Notes: generated from the letters alone by a model not told the origin. A DNA stretch of 64,000 bases from Desulfobacterales bacterium (GCA_963674755.2 CAXXVS010000003.1:2112001-2176000); one strand, 5' to 3'. Shown: positions 1 to 11,057, numbered from the stretch's first letter. A program made the numbers and translations.

Positions 1-35
1 CCTTGATCGCCGCCCTGTCCGCGGCGTCTATCCTA

Positions 36-64
36 TTGACAAAAGAAGCGCTTCAACTTATTAA
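36..64 (+). promoter_or_regulatory. sigma70-type promoter upstream of ppiD
   Basis: TTGACA (36-41), 17 bp spacer, TATTAA (59-64). Confidence 0.55.
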
Positions 65-205
65 AAGCGCTTATATTTTTACGAAGACGGCTTGCTTGGC
101 GATGGGGTGCTCTGCGGGCCAGGTTGATCCGAGTTGCAAGGCAGGCCATGGCCAGGCCTCCTGGATCGATCGGTTACCCTAGCCGGTAACGAAGAAAGGA
201 TATCT

Positions 206-2098
206 ATGCTTACTCAGATGCGGGAAAATGTCGGCAGCTGGATCATCAAATTGCTGCTCGGCGCGATCGTGGTGGTGTTCGTCCTGTGGGGGGTCGGGCC
301 CGACCAGAAATCCCCCAACGCGACGGTTGCGACCGTGGACGGCGCCTCGATCGGATATCAGGAATTCAGCCGGACCTACCAGAATTTGCTGGAGAATATC
401 CGCCGGCAGTTCGGCGACAACGTCAATGAGGACATGCTCAACGCGCTCAACCTCAAAGAGCAGGCCATCAATCAGCTGGTCGACCGCCGCATCATCCTCA
501 ATGCTGCGGAAAAGATGGGGTTTGACGTCACGGATGAAGAACTGAGCGCTTCCATTGCCGCCATCCCGGCCTTCCAGACCCCAAACGGATTTAGCACCCA
601 GGCGTATCAGGCGGTGCTCGGCCGGTTGGGACTGACGCCGGAAGCTTTCGAGGCCTCCCAGCGCGAAGACCTGCTGATTCAGAAGATGACCGAGTTCATC
701 GCCCACACCGTGAATGTCTCCGAGGCGGAGGCCACGGCCTGGTATCAGTGGCAAAACGCGACGGTGGATATCGAATATCTGCGCCTTGACCCGAAGGCTT
801 ACAAGGATCTGCCGGTGAGCGATGAAGAAGCCCGCACCTATTTTGAGGCCCACCAAAATCGTTACGAGACCGAACCCCAGATCAAAAGCCGCTATCTTGT
901 CTTTCGGCCCGCCGACTATAAATCACGCGTCCAGGTGAGCGATGAGGACGTCAAAACCTACTATGAGGAAAATCAGGCCGAGTTTTTTACGCCCGAGACT
1001 GTCGAAGCCCGCCATATCCTCATCAAAGTAGGTAAGGACGCGGATGAGGCGGCGGTCGAGGCCGCCCGTCGCCGTGCCCAGGCCGTCTATGAGCGCGCCG
1101 TCCAGGGGGAGGATTTCGCCAAGCTGGCCAAAGAATTTTCCGAAGGGCCGTCCCGCAATCAGGGCGGCTACTTGGGGACGTTCGGCCGCGGCAAGATGAT
1201 CAAACCTTTTGAAGACAAGGCGTTTGCGCTTCAGGCCGGTGAAATCAGCGCGCCGGTACGCACGGATTTCGGCTGGCACATCATCAAAGTCGAAAAACAC
1301 AATATCGCCCATACCCTGACCCTGGAAGAAGCCCAAAACAAGATTCGCGGTTTGTTGAGCGATAAGAAAGCCCGGGCGCTCGCCTTGGAAGATGCCGAAA
1401 GCGCCTATGATATGACCTATGGCGGTGACGACATGCTCGCGGCAGCGGAGAGTTTGGGGGTGACGGTGCACTCCACGGATTGGATCGCGCAGGGGGATAC
1501 CGTTCCGGGCGTGGCCGATTCTCCAAAGTTCGTGGCGGCGGCGTTCGCATTGGATACCATGGCCGTCAGTGACGTAAAGGACCTGGGGGACGGGTTTTAT
1601 CTTATCCAGTCTCTTGAAAACCGACCGGCCGAAATTCCCGCTTTTGATACGGTCAAGGAGCGCGTCGTCCAAGATGTACGGGAAGAGAAGCAATGGACCC
1701 AGGCCGATACGGAAGCCCGTGCCATGCTGCAGTCTTTGCGGGATGGCGGAACACTGGCCGCGCTGGGCCAGCCCAAAGGCCTCAGCCCCAAGACGACCGG
1801 CGAGTTTAAGCGCAATGACGCCATTCCGGGGATCGGGTATGATCCGGGTCTGGCTGCGGCGGCGTTCAAGCTGAGCACCCAAACGCCTTATCCGGAGGCG
1901 CCGGTGCGCGGGCAGCAGAGTGTGTTTGTCTTACGCCTCCTGGAGCGGCGTCTTCCGGACGCCCAAGCGGCGCAGGCCCAGATGGAACCCATCAAGCAGC
2001 AGTTGTTGCAGCGCAAACAGGGGGAGATTTACCAGAACTGGATCGCCCAGGCCCGCAGCCGGACAGAGATCGAGATCGATCGCGCAATGTTGAACTAA
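206..2098 (+). CDS. ppiD: PpiD/SurA-family periplasmic folding chaperone with parvulin PPIase domain
   Basis: N-terminal TM anchor, SurA-N-like region, rotamase motif ARHILIK...[12 protein letters not shown]...GGYLG...FGWHIIKV; start moved to ATG 206 after AAAGGA. Confidence 0.9.
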   Translation: MLTQMRENVGSWIIKLLLGAIVVVFVLWGVGPDQKSPNATVATVDGASIGYQEFSRTYQNLLENIRRQFGDNVNEDMLNALNLKEQAINQLVDRRIILNAAEKMGFDVTDEELSASIAAIPAFQTPNGFSTQAYQAVLGRLGLTPEAFEASQREDLLIQKMTEFIAHTVNVSEAEATAWYQWQNATVDIEYLRLDPKAYKDLPVSDEEARTYFEAHQNRYETEPQIKSRYLVFRPADYKSRVQVSDEDVKTYYEENQAEFFTPETVEARHILIKVGKDADEAAVEAARRRAQAVYERAVQGEDFAKLAKEFSEGPSRNQGGYLGTFGRGKMIKPFEDKAFALQAGEISAPVRTDFGWHIIKVEKHNIAHTLTLEEAQNKIRGLLSDKKARALALEDAESAYDMTYGGDDMLAAAESLGVTVHSTDWIAQGDTVPGVADSPKFVAAAFALDTMAVSDVKDLGDGFYLIQSLENRPAEIPAFDTVKERVVQDVREEKQWTQADTEARAMLQSLRDGGTLAALGQPKGLSPKTTGEFKRNDAIPGIGYDPGLAAAAFKLSTQTPYPEAPVRGQQSVFVLRLLERRLPDAQAAQAQMEPIKQQLLQRKQGEIYQNWIAQARSRTEIEIDRAMLN

Positions 2099-2166
2099 CC
2101 CGCCGCGGCACGAGCCGATCGCGATCAGGCCTTCCGCCATCGGTTGCCGTGTTGGAGAAACGCGAC

Positions 2167-2403
2167 ATGGCCAAGAAAGAGAAGTCGAAGGTAGACGTCA
2201 AGACCTTTACGGTCAAAAAATGCCCATACTGTTACAATCACCTGGCGGTCAATGTGACACGTTGTGATATGTGCGGCAAACGGGTGGGGCCGGTGGAGTC
2301 GAGCGGATGGGCCAAAAAGACGGTCGACTGGAAAGCCTATGTTACGGCGGCCGTTGCGGTAACCGCCTTCCTCGTCTATTTTTGGTGGGCCTTCATGCGT
2401 TAG
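2167..2403 (+). CDS. small zinc-ribbon protein with C-terminal transmembrane helix
   Basis: CPYC-x10-CDMC and hydrophobic C-terminus; GGAG upstream of ATG 2167. Confidence 0.7.
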   Translation: MAKKEKSKVDVKTFTVKKCPYCYNHLAVNVTRCDMCGKRVGPVESSGWAKKTVDWKAYVTAAVAVTAFLVYFWWAFMR

Positions 2404-2493
2404 GCCACGCGACGTAGCGGATCGCAGCGGGCTCGGGCGGGAGGCGGCCGGTGGTACCTTACGGGGATCGGCCGCCTGCCGGAGCGCAGGCCG

Positions 2494-3162
2494 TCAGCGG
2501 GCCAGCATGGCCCGCATCATATCGCCCGCATTTTCCGCGTGGTCGGCGATGGACCCGATGATTTCCGCCAAGCGGATCATGTGGAAGACGGTGACCGGGT
2601 CGGTCTGCATGTTGAATACCCGCTGTTTGATCTCCGCCTCGATCTTGTCCGCGGCATGTTCCTGCGCGCGCACCGTGCGGATGATTTCCTTAACGGCTAC
2701 CCGCTGGCTCTCGGAGTAGGTTGCAAAATAGCGCTTGGCCTCCGCCACCATGTGACTCAATTCTTCCAGGGGATCGATGACGGCATCCACCAGCAGGAAA
2801 ATATCCTTGTGCAGTTCTTCCGGGATGCCCGGTTCGCTCCGATACGATATCCAGCTCAAGGCTCCCTTGACCGCATCCAAGACCTGATCCTGCTCCCTGA
2901 GATAGCGAAAGAGCTGGAATTTGCTGACCGGCATCAGGGTGCCGACCGGCAGGTGACCGCGAATACGGCGTTTGATGCTGTCCGCCTGGTTTTCGAGTTG
3001 ACTGACTTCCTTGCGCAGTTCCTCGAATTGGCGGCAGCGGTCGGAGATGTGGCATTCGATCGCCTGCTGAAAAGCCCAGGCGCATTCTTTCACCTTTTCG
3101 GCATGCTCCTGGAGCCCTTCGAATGGCGAGGTGACAAAAAAGGATAAAAAGGGAATACGCAT
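2494..3162 (-). CDS. DUF47/TIGR00153 phosphate transport regulator (PhoU-like)
   Basis: LENQADSIKRRIR and IADHAENAGD motifs; directly downstream of pit. Confidence 0.9.
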   Translation of the reverse strand: MRIPFLSFFVTSPFEGLQEHAEKVKECAWAFQQAIECHISDRCRQFEELRKEVSQLENQADSIKRRIRGHLPVGTLMPVSKFQLFRYLREQDQVLDAVKGALSWISYRSEPGIPEELHKDIFLLVDAVIDPLEELSHMVAEAKRYFATYSESQRVAVKEIIRTVRAQEHAADKIEAEIKQRVFNMQTDPVTVFHMIRLAEIIGSIADHAENAGDMMRAMLAR

Positions 3163-3180
3163 AGGGGTCTCCTTATTCCA

Positions 3181-4404
3181 TTACATCAGGATGTCCAAAA
3201 GCTTGAAGATCGCCATACTGGTCAGGGCCGCGGCCGGGACGGTCAGGATCCAGTAGAGAACGATTTGATACATGACGCGAAAGTTGACGGCTTCGATGCC
3301 CCGGGCCAGACCGACCCCCATGACACCGCCCACCGCCGCATGGGTCGTGGAAACCGGCAGCCCCATCTTGGAGGCCAGCAGAACCGTCGTGGCGGCGGCA
3401 AAGTCGACCGAAAAGCCGCGGGTATTGGTCAAGGTCGTGATTTTGTTGCCGATGGTATCCATAACCCGATGACCGGCCATACCGATACCGCAGGCGATGC
3501 CGATTCCCCCGAACAGGAGGAGGAAAAGCGGCACCGGCACTTTCGCGCCCACGGTACCCGTTTTGACCAGAAAATAGATCACCGCCAGCGGCCCGATGGC
3601 GTTGGCCACATCATTCGCCCCTTGCGCCAAGGCGACATAGCACGACGTGCCGATCTGGATCTTACGGAAGACCTCCTCCGTTCCCTGGTCGTCCAGGGGA
3701 ATAAACCGCTTGAGAAGCCCCCTGCCGAGGCATCCCACGAGCGCCGCTGTAGTCAGGCCGATGGCGACCGCCCCCGGTGTACCGATCGAAATCGTTTTCC
3801 CCAGGGGGGTCTTGAACAGGAAGGAGAGCACCACCACAAACACCGTCGCGCCGATGAAGAGCGGCGAGAGCCGGAGCGCCCAACGGACGGCATCATCTTT
3901 GCGCAGGATGAATTTGACGATGAGCTTGAATATGCCCCATCCGATAACCAGGCTGAAAACAGGGGAGATGACCCAGCTCGCCACGACAGCGCCCAGCTTG
4001 CCCCAGTTGATGACGGTCAAACCGCCGGCCATGATACCGAAGCCGATCATGGCGCCCACGATGGAATGGGTCGTGGAGACGGGCAGGGATTTCCAGGTGG
4101 CGAAGCTCACCCATAGGGCGGCGGCCAGAAGGGCCGAAAGTGCTCCGATCAGTGCCAAGTGGGGATCGGCCAGCACATCCGTGGATACGATCCCTTTGCG
4201 AATGGTGTTGGTGACCTGGGCGCCGATGAAGGTGGCCCCCACGCAGTTGAGGATACCGGCAATAAAGACGGCCTGGCGGATGGTAATGGCTTTGGCGCCC
4301 ACAGCCGACGCCATGGAATTGGCAACGTCATTGGCGCCGATGTTCCACGACATGTAAAAGCCGAAAACATATCCGATGACGAGAACCATCGACTCAGATA
4401 GCAT
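3181..4404 (-). CDS. pit: PiT-family inorganic phosphate transporter
   Basis: two GANDVAN signature motifs and two PVSTTH motifs; start moved to MLSESM (4404). Confidence 0.93.
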   Translation of the reverse strand: MLSESMVLVIGYVFGFYMSWNIGANDVANSMASAVGAKAITIRQAVFIAGILNCVGATFIGAQVTNTIRKGIVSTDVLADPHLALIGALSALLAAALWVSFATWKSLPVSTTHSIVGAMIGFGIMAGGLTVINWGKLGAVVASWVISPVFSLVIGWGIFKLIVKFILRKDDAVRWALRLSPLFIGATVFVVVLSFLFKTPLGKTISIGTPGAVAIGLTTAALVGCLGRGLLKRFIPLDDQGTEEVFRKIQIGTSCYVALAQGANDVANAIGPLAVIYFLVKTGTVGAKVPVPLFLLLFGGIGIACGIGMAGHRVMDTIGNKITTLTNTRGFSVDFAAATTVLLASKMGLPVSTTHAAVGGVMGVGLARGIEAVNFRVMYQIVLYWILTVPAAALTSMAIFKLLDILM

Positions 4405-4698
4405 AGCGTTCCAGTATCTCCGGTGGTCATCGAGGGCGCCTGGGCATGCGGTGCATGGGGCGGGGCCTATTGGACCGGTGCCTGCGGCATCGGGCCGCAC
4501 TTAACGGGCGGGCCGTATGCGTGCGTTGGGCCGACGTCGAGCAAACCGACGCCGGTCGGTGCCGCTTTTTGTTTCCCGCGTGGATGGTGTTGGGGATAGC
4601 ATGCCCCCAACATCAAATCAAACCCTATCCGGGACCTGGCGGGACGTGTGTGACAGCCGGGCACCGCCTGATGGATGGCCCGGTTTCCAGGCCATGTT

Positions 4699-6639
4699 CT
4701 ACCAGAGGTCTCCGGAACGACGTTCCAGGACAGTGTCCGGCAGATCGGCCAGGAAGCGGGACGGCAGGCTCAGCAGCATGCCGCTCATGCGGTCGTAGAC
4801 CTGCCCGGGGCACATGAAATAGAGCTGCTCACGGGCCCGGGTGGCGGCCACGTACATGAGCCGGAGTTCTTCGTCGAGCTGCCCCTCGTTTTCCGAAGCC
4901 ATCACGGAAGGGAAGCGCCCGTCCAAGGCCCACAGAATAAAGACGGTGTGCCACTCGAGCCCCTTGGCGGAGTGCACGGTCGAGAGAATCAAATGCTCCC
5001 GTGTTTCGTCGACCTTGCCAAAGGCGCCCGAAACCGTGGCCGAGGGGGGCTCCAAGGTCATATCTTCCAGGAACTTTTCAAGGTCGTCATAGGCTTCCAT
5101 GATCGTCAGGAGCTGTTCGAGATCCCGGATGCGTTTGGGGTGGTCGTCGAAGCGCTGCTGGGCGATCGGTAGGTAATAGGCCAGCACCGCTTCTCCCAAA
5201 GCGATAGGTGTCAAGGCGGTATCCTCAAGGGTCCGGATAAGCGTCTTCAAGCGCTGGATACCGGGCTTGCGCGCCAATTTCGACTCGTCTTCAATGAAGC
5301 CGCGCAGGCCGGCCGCGCGGCCCTGAAGACGTTCGTAAAGGGCTTGGGCGGACTTGGGACCGATCTTGTCTTCCAGCAGCAGAATACGAAACCAGCTCAG
5401 GCGGTCATAGGGATTGCAAAGGACCCGCAGATAGGCCAGGAGATCCTTGATATGGGCCGAATCCATGAATTTGAAGCCCCCGTACTTGACATAGTCGATG
5501 CCGTTGCGGGTGAGCTCGACCTCCAGGTCGAAAGAATGGAACCCGGCCCGGAAAAGAACGGCGATGTCGTTGAGGGGGATGCCCTGGCGGGACAGCTCCA
5601 GGATTTTATCGACCACGAAGCGTGACTGGCTGTTTTCACTTCCGGTGTGGACGAGCTGGGGAGCGTGCCGACCCTGTCGTTTGGAAAAAAGGGTTTTGGG
5701 GTATTTTTCGGTCGCCTGGTCGATCAGCTGGTTGGTCAAGGCCAGAATGGGTTCGACACTGCGATAGTTTTCCTCCAGGGTGATGACCCGCGTGCCGGGG
5801 AAACGTTGCGGGAAATCCATGATATTGCGGAAATCCGCGCCGCGGAAAGAGTAAATGCTCTGGGAATCGTCCCCGACCACCATGATATTCTTGTGCGCGC
5901 CGGCCAGATGGTGAACGATGCGGGCCTGAACATGGTTGGTATCCTGGTACTCGTCCACCATGATGTGGTGGTAGTATGCCGCAATCCGCTCCCGAATGTC
6001 GGGGTGCTCGTCAAGCAGCAGCCAGAGATTGTTCAGGAGATCATCGTAATCCATCACGGCCTGCTGCTTTTTGAGCGCCGTATAGCCCTCCTGGACAGCC
6101 TGGAGGACATCCAGATAAGGAAGAAAATGCGGGTATTCGGCATCGACGATATCATCCAGGGAGGCATCTTTGTTGGTGCTTTTGCTGAATATATCCGCCA
6201 AGGTCTTCTTGCGGGGAAAGGCGCCCAAGAAGGGGGCGTCGATTTGCTCTTTCACGACGAAGCCGATCAGGCTTTCCGCATCCGGCCGATCGATGATGGA
6301 AAAGCTGTTGGGGAAATCCATTACGGCGGCATACCGTTTAAGGATGCTGTTGGCGAAGGAATGAAACGTCCCCCCCGCAATCTGATGGCAGCGGTTGTCC
6401 AGCAGACGGCTGGCGCGCTGCAGCATTTCCCCGGCCGCTTTGCGGGTGAAGGTCAGCAGCAGGATGGTTTCCGGTGCATGGCCTTCTTCTACCAGTCGTG
6501 CCGCGCGATATGTCAGGGTGCGGGTTTTGCCGCTGCCGGCCCCGGCGATGACCAACAGGGGGCCTGTATCGTGAAAAACCGCTTCGTACTGGGCGGCATT
6601 CAACTCCCTCTGGAAACGTTCGGCGAGTGATGGTGTCAT
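4699..6639 (-). CDS. UvrD/PcrA/Rep-family ATP-dependent DNA helicase
   Basis: AGAGSGKT, VDEYQD, VGDDSQSIYSFRGA, NYRS, STVHSAKGLEW, YVAATRA. Confidence 0.93.
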   Translation of the reverse strand: MTPSLAERFQRELNAAQYEAVFHDTGPLLVIAGAGSGKTRTLTYRAARLVEEGHAPETILLLTFTRKAAGEMLQRASRLLDNRCHQIAGGTFHSFANSILKRYAAVMDFPNSFSIIDRPDAESLIGFVVKEQIDAPFLGAFPRKKTLADIFSKSTNKDASLDDIVDAEYPHFLPYLDVLQAVQEGYTALKKQQAVMDYDDLLNNLWLLLDEHPDIRERIAAYYHHIMVDEYQDTNHVQARIVHHLAGAHKNIMVVGDDSQSIYSFRGADFRNIMDFPQRFPGTRVITLEENYRSVEPILALTNQLIDQATEKYPKTLFSKRQGRHAPQLVHTGSENSQSRFVVDKILELSRQGIPLNDIAVLFRAGFHSFDLEVELTRNGIDYVKYGGFKFMDSAHIKDLLAYLRVLCNPYDRLSWFRILLLEDKIGPKSAQALYERLQGRAAGLRGFIEDESKLARKPGIQRLKTLIRTLEDTALTPIALGEAVLAYYLPIAQQRFDDHPKRIRDLEQLLTIMEAYDDLEKFLEDMTLEPPSATVSGAFGKVDETREHLILSTVHSAKGLEWHTVFILWALDGRFPSVMASENEGQLDEELRLMYVAATRAREQLYFMCPGQVYDRMSGMLLSLPSRFLADLPDTVLERRSGDLW

Positions 6640-6663
6640 AAATCTCTCGATGTCTTTTAAACG

Positions 6664-6698
<35 letters not shown>

Positions 6699-7188
6699 TT
6701 TGCGGACCCGGATGGCATCAGCTGCAAGGGGCAGGCGGCGAAATGCGAGGAATGCCGGCTGTTGTGGTGCACGGGCCAAAGGCTAGCCGTGCCGATCAGC
6801 ATCCGGCATTCTATCTATGGAAGCGTGTTCTTCCACAGGGGTGCCAATTTGTCAATATGGAGGCGGTCTTGACACTCGTCCCATGAAAGCGCCTCACCAT
6901 CACAACCCTACATCTATCCCCTGGCTGCCATCGCCGCGCGGCTCTTCTCCCCTGCTGAGAATAAAAAAGAGTGGGAGGACATTTTTCTTCCAGCCCTCTG
7001 TCGGTCCCCGTTCAGCGGCTTCCGGTAAGAAGATCGCGCTGCAAGAAAAGGAACAAATTTAAAAATATAAACATAACAATAGGTTAAGATATTTCTATCC
7101 GTTATGGGGAGTAATTCGGTAAAGCCACACCACTGCTGCATCGTCTATGACTACCCTATCTAATGTGCTTTTTTTATTGATGATAGAG

Positions 7189-7217
7189 TTGACTTTACAT
7201 ATTCTTTGTATTAGCCT
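7189..7217 (+). promoter_or_regulatory. putative sigma70 promoter of the histone-like gene
   Basis: TTGACT-17bp-TAGCCT in an AT-rich stretch, about 50 bp upstream of the start codon. Confidence 0.45.
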
Positions 7218-7267
7218 GACTTCGTCAGGCACCGATTAATCGAAATAGAAGAAGGAGGATATGTCAG

Positions 7268-7726
7268 ATGAAGAAATTAAAAGAGCAGCTGAAAGCGGTG
7301 TCCAAAGAACTGGTTAAGCTTTCCAAGCAGGTTGACAAGGCGACCGCTAAGCTAGACAAGCTTGCGAGCATGAGTGCCAAGAAAGCGGCTCCCAAGAAAG
7401 CCGCCGCCAAGAAGACCACGGCCAAGAAGACCACGGTCAAGAAAACGGCTGCCAAGAAACCCGCCGCCAAGAAAACCGTCGCCAAGAAGACTGCCGCCAA
7501 AAAACCTGCCGCCAAGAAGACCACGGCAAAGAAAACCGCTGACAAAAATCCAACCGTGCTCGATGCGGTCTACGACGTGATCGGCAAATCCCGCAATGGC
7601 GCCACCATAGCGCAACTCAAGGAAAAGACCGGTCTTTCGCCCCGCCAATTGAGCAATGCGCTTTACAAACTTTCGACGCGTGGTAAAATCGTTGCCAAAT
7701 CACGCGGCCTCTATGTCAAGAAATAA
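7268..7726 (+). CDS. histone H1-like Lys/Ala-rich DNA-binding protein with probable C-terminal winged helix
   Basis: GGAGG SD; tandem KKTTA/KKPAA/KKTAA pentapeptides; C-terminal GATIAQLKEKTGLSPRQLSNALYKL...SRGLY. Confidence 0.8.
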   Translation: MKKLKEQLKAVSKELVKLSKQVDKATAKLDKLASMSAKKAAPKKAAAKKTTAKKTTVKKTAAKKPAAKKTVAKKTAAKKPAAKKTTAKKTADKNPTVLDAVYDVIGKSRNGATIAQLKEKTGLSPRQLSNALYKLSTRGKIVAKSRGLYVKK

Positions 7727-8120
7727 CGATGGGGTGTGATTGAAGGGTTTGGCGCTTTGCTTGGGCTAGGCCGTTCAGAGACGCATGCCCCCCGCCGCAT
7801 CGCCAGCACGGAGGCGGTCTAACGCCGTACGTGCTTTTCAATGCTTTCATGACGCAGCCTGCTTGCCGTTTTCGGCCGGCAGGCTGATTTAATTTTTACC
7901 GTCGGATCATACCGGTTCCGTGCCCTCCCGGAGATAGCATTTCCCCGATAGCTGCCACAATGTTTTCCCGGCGGTGTCCTGCGCCCGTCTCGTATTGTCA
8001 TATGCGCAGCCGTCCTTATTATATGCCCCATATCAAATCGACGCTTCATCGCTGCTTGCAACAGCAACGCCTTCAGGCGCCTATTGCGCCTGGGGACGGG
8101 CGCTATGGAAAGGAATCCCG

Positions 8121-11057
8121 ATGAAATTGCACGACACTTTTTTCAGACGATCAATGATTCTTTGTGCATTCCTGCTGAGTGTGGCAACGGCTGGGTGGAA
8201 TGGAAACGTCACCGCAGCGGAGCTTGCTGATGCCGGACAGATGCCCGGCGCGCCCATTGCCTCTGCCGGGGCGTCCCCACCGGCAGGGGCAGCCGCCTGG
8301 CCGCATTCCCACTCGGACCTGGCTCCGGACCCCCAGGCCGTTTTCGGCCGTCTGGACAATGGATTTCGCTATGTCGTGCTTCCCAATGCCAAACCTAAAG
8401 ACCGCGTCAGTTTGCATCTGGTCGTTCTGGCCGGTTCCATCGACGAGACGGATGATCAGCGTGGCCTTGCCCACTTTCTGGAGCATATGCTGTTCAATGG
8501 ATCGACCCATTTCCCTCCGGGCGAACTCGTCAAATATTTCCAGAAGATCGGCATGGAATTCGGTCCCGACGCCAATGCGCGCACCGGGTTTTTCGATACG
8601 GTCTACGACATCAATCTGCCGGCCTCCGATCGCCAAAGTCTACAGGAAGCCCTTCTGGTGATGCAGGATTACGCTGAAGGGGCCCTTCTTCTACAGTCGG
8701 AAATCGATCGCGAACGGGGGGTCATTTTAGCTGAGAAGCGACTGCGCGATTCGGCCGACTATCGCGCCTATGTGGCTTCTCTGGATTTCGAGCTCAAAGG
8801 AACGCGGTTCCCCGCGCGTCTTCCGATCGGAAGCGCCCACATCATCGAATCCGCCGACCGGCCGGTGCTCAAAGCGTTTTACGACACCTGGTATCGCCCC
8901 GCCAATATGGTGCTGGTTTTAGTCGGTGATATGGATCCTGCGTTGGCCCGTGAACTCATTGAAAAGCAGTTTGACGGCATGGCGCCCCGTGCGCCGGCCC
9001 GGGCCCGACCTGCCACCGGAAAGATCGACCATCAGGGCCTGGAGACATTTTATCACTACGAGAAAGAGCTCGGCAGTACAACCGTGACGGTGCAAGTCAT
9101 GGATAACACCTCGCCTCCGGTGGATAACGCGGCTTACGAGCGTCGGTTGATCGAAGAGCGATTGGCCAACCAGATCATCCAGAACCGATTGAACCGCAAA
9201 ATCAGCCAGGCCGGTTCGCCGGCTACGGATGCCAGTGTCGGCAGCGGGGTTTTTCTGCAGCAGATCCGTTATGGGGTTATCAGTGCCGACTGCCAGCCGG
9301 CCAACTGGCGCACAACGCTGGCGCTGGTTGAGCAGGAACTGCGCCAGGCGCTGCAATACGGTTTTAGCGAGGCGGAGCTGGCGCGCGTTAAAAAGGATTA
9401 TCGGGCCCAATTGGAACAGGCTGTCGCGCAGGCCCAAACCAGGGAGAGTTCTTCCCTGGCGCGCGAGCTGATCTATACGGTCACCAACGATTATGTCTTC
9501 CGCTCCCCCGAGCAGGAAAAAGCCTTTGCCGATCCGATTGTCGCGGCCATCACCGCGGCCGACCTATTGCAGCGCCTGCATCTGCTCTGGGACCGGGAAC
9601 AGCGTCTGGTGCTGGTTTATGGCAATGTTGCCATAGCCCCTGCAAGCGGCACGCCGGAAGCGGCGATCGCGGATGCCTATGATCGCTCCCGGATGGTCGC
9701 CGTTACAGCGCCGGTGCAAGCGCCCGCCGTGCGCTTTCCCTATCTAGCCCCACCGTCAGGGGAAGGGCGGATCGTTGCACGGCAGACCTTTGAAGATCTT
9801 GGGATTACCATGATCCAGTTTGCCAACCATATCAGCCTTAATTTCAAACCGACCGATTTTACCGCTGATGAAGTGCAGTTCGCGCTGTCTTTCGGCCAGG
9901 GCCGGTCGGGCGTCCCGACCCCGAAAGCCGCCATGGCCGCGCTGGCCGACGACGTGGTGAATGAAAGCGGATTGGGGCGGCTGGACAAAGAAGCCCTCAT
10001 GCGGGCCCTGGCCGGGAAGAAAACCAATATGCGGTTCAGTGTCAAAGACGATCGGTTCGTGATCGAAGGACGCTCGACGCCGGCCGAACTGGAATTGATG
10101 TTCCAGCTGCTGTATGCGGCCGTGCAGGATCCGGCGTTTCGTGATGATGCCTGGCGGCTGGCCCGGGAACGCTACCAGCAGACCTATCAGGCCATGCGCC
10201 AATCCATGGACGGTGTTATGAGCCTCTATGGGTGGCGTTTTCTCAGCGGGGGCGACCCACGCTTCGGCATGCCGCCCCTGGCAGACCTGGACGGGTTGTC
10301 GGCCAAGGATGTCGCCGAATGGATCGGCCGCGCGTTGCACAGCGGCGCGATGGAGCTTTCCGTGGTGGGGGATTTCGATCCTAAGACGATCGTTCCGCTG
10401 GCTGCGCGCTATCTGGGGGGATTGCCCGTCAGGGAAGATCCGCATATGACGACGGACGGCCTGCGGTCGGGCCCGCGGTTCCCTGCGGCGCGTAAGATGG
10501 GCGTTTCCGTCATGACGAAGATCGACAAGGCTTTATTGGTCATGGCCCTGCCCACCGATGATATCTGGGATATCCAACGGACGCGGCGCTTGAACGTCTT
10601 GGCGAACATCATTGCCGACCGCCTGCGACAGCAGATCCGGGAAAAGCTCGGCGCGGCCTATTCCACCGGCGCCTTCAGCCTGCCCAGCCGCACTTATAAA
10701 AATTACGGCCTGCTGGTCGTCTATATTCCCCTGGCGCCGGAAACCCTGGACCGGGTGGATGCGGAAGTCACCGCGATTCTCGACGATATCCGCCGCAAAG
10801 GCGTTTCGGCAGATGAATTGCAGCGGGCCCTGGAGCCAACCCTGAAAGGGATCAGGGATCGCTTCCGCGACAACGACTACTGGCTGGGAACCGTCCTGGC
10901 CGGTGCGTCTCGTCATCCCGTTCAATTGGAATGGAGCCGTACCATCATGGCTGACTATGCCGGCATCCAAGTCACCGATATTGAACAAATCGCACGCCGC
11001 TATTTGGACATGGCCAAACTGGCTGTCATTGAGGCGCGTGCTTCAAGCGCGCCGTAA
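8121..11057 (+). CDS. M16 (insulinase/PqqL-like) zinc peptidase, exported
   Basis: inverted zinc motif HFLEH in GLAHFLEHMLFNGS; signal peptide; start set at ATG 8121 after AAGGA. Confidence 0.9.
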   Translation: MKLHDTFFRRSMILCAFLLSVATAGWNGNVTAAELADAGQMPGAPIASAGASPPAGAAAWPHSHSDLAPDPQAVFGRLDNGFRYVVLPNAKPKDRVSLHLVVLAGSIDETDDQRGLAHFLEHMLFNGSTHFPPGELVKYFQKIGMEFGPDANARTGFFDTVYDINLPASDRQSLQEALLVMQDYAEGALLLQSEIDRERGVILAEKRLRDSADYRAYVASLDFELKGTRFPARLPIGSAHIIESADRPVLKAFYDTWYRPANMVLVLVGDMDPALARELIEKQFDGMAPRAPARARPATGKIDHQGLETFYHYEKELGSTTVTVQVMDNTSPPVDNAAYERRLIEERLANQIIQNRLNRKISQAGSPATDASVGSGVFLQQIRYGVISADCQPANWRTTLALVEQELRQALQYGFSEAELARVKKDYRAQLEQAVAQAQTRESSSLARELIYTVTNDYVFRSPEQEKAFADPIVAAITAADLLQRLHLLWDREQRLVLVYGNVAIAPASGTPEAAIADAYDRSRMVAVTAPVQAPAVRFPYLAPPSGEGRIVARQTFEDLGITMIQFANHISLNFKPTDFTADEVQFALSFGQGRSGVPTPKAAMAALADDVVNESGLGRLDKEALMRALAGKKTNMRFSVKDDRFVIEGRSTPAELELMFQLLYAAVQDPAFRDDAWRLARERYQQTYQAMRQSMDGVMSLYGWRFLSGGDPRFGMPPLADLDGLSAKDVAEWIGRALHSGAMELSVVGDFDPKTIVPLAARYLGGLPVREDPHMTTDGLRSGPRFPAARKMGVSVMTKIDKALLVMALPTDDIWDIQRTRRLNVLANIIADRLRQQIREKLGAAYSTGAFSLPSRTYKNYGLLVVYIPLAPETLDRVDAEVTAILDDIRRKGVSADELQRALEPTLKGIRDRFRDNDYWLGTVLAGASRHPVQLEWSRTIMADYAGIQVTDIEQIARRYLDMAKLAVIEARASSAP

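Noticed and set aside
7376..7541. Short tandem repeats as a possible CRISPR array
   Set aside because: In-frame 15-bp coding repeats with no spacers, and no cas genes in the window.
7264..7545. Hydrophobic repetitive antisense ORF (AAVFL/AAGFL repeats)
   Set aside because: Shadow of the Lys/Ala-rich gene on the opposite strand.
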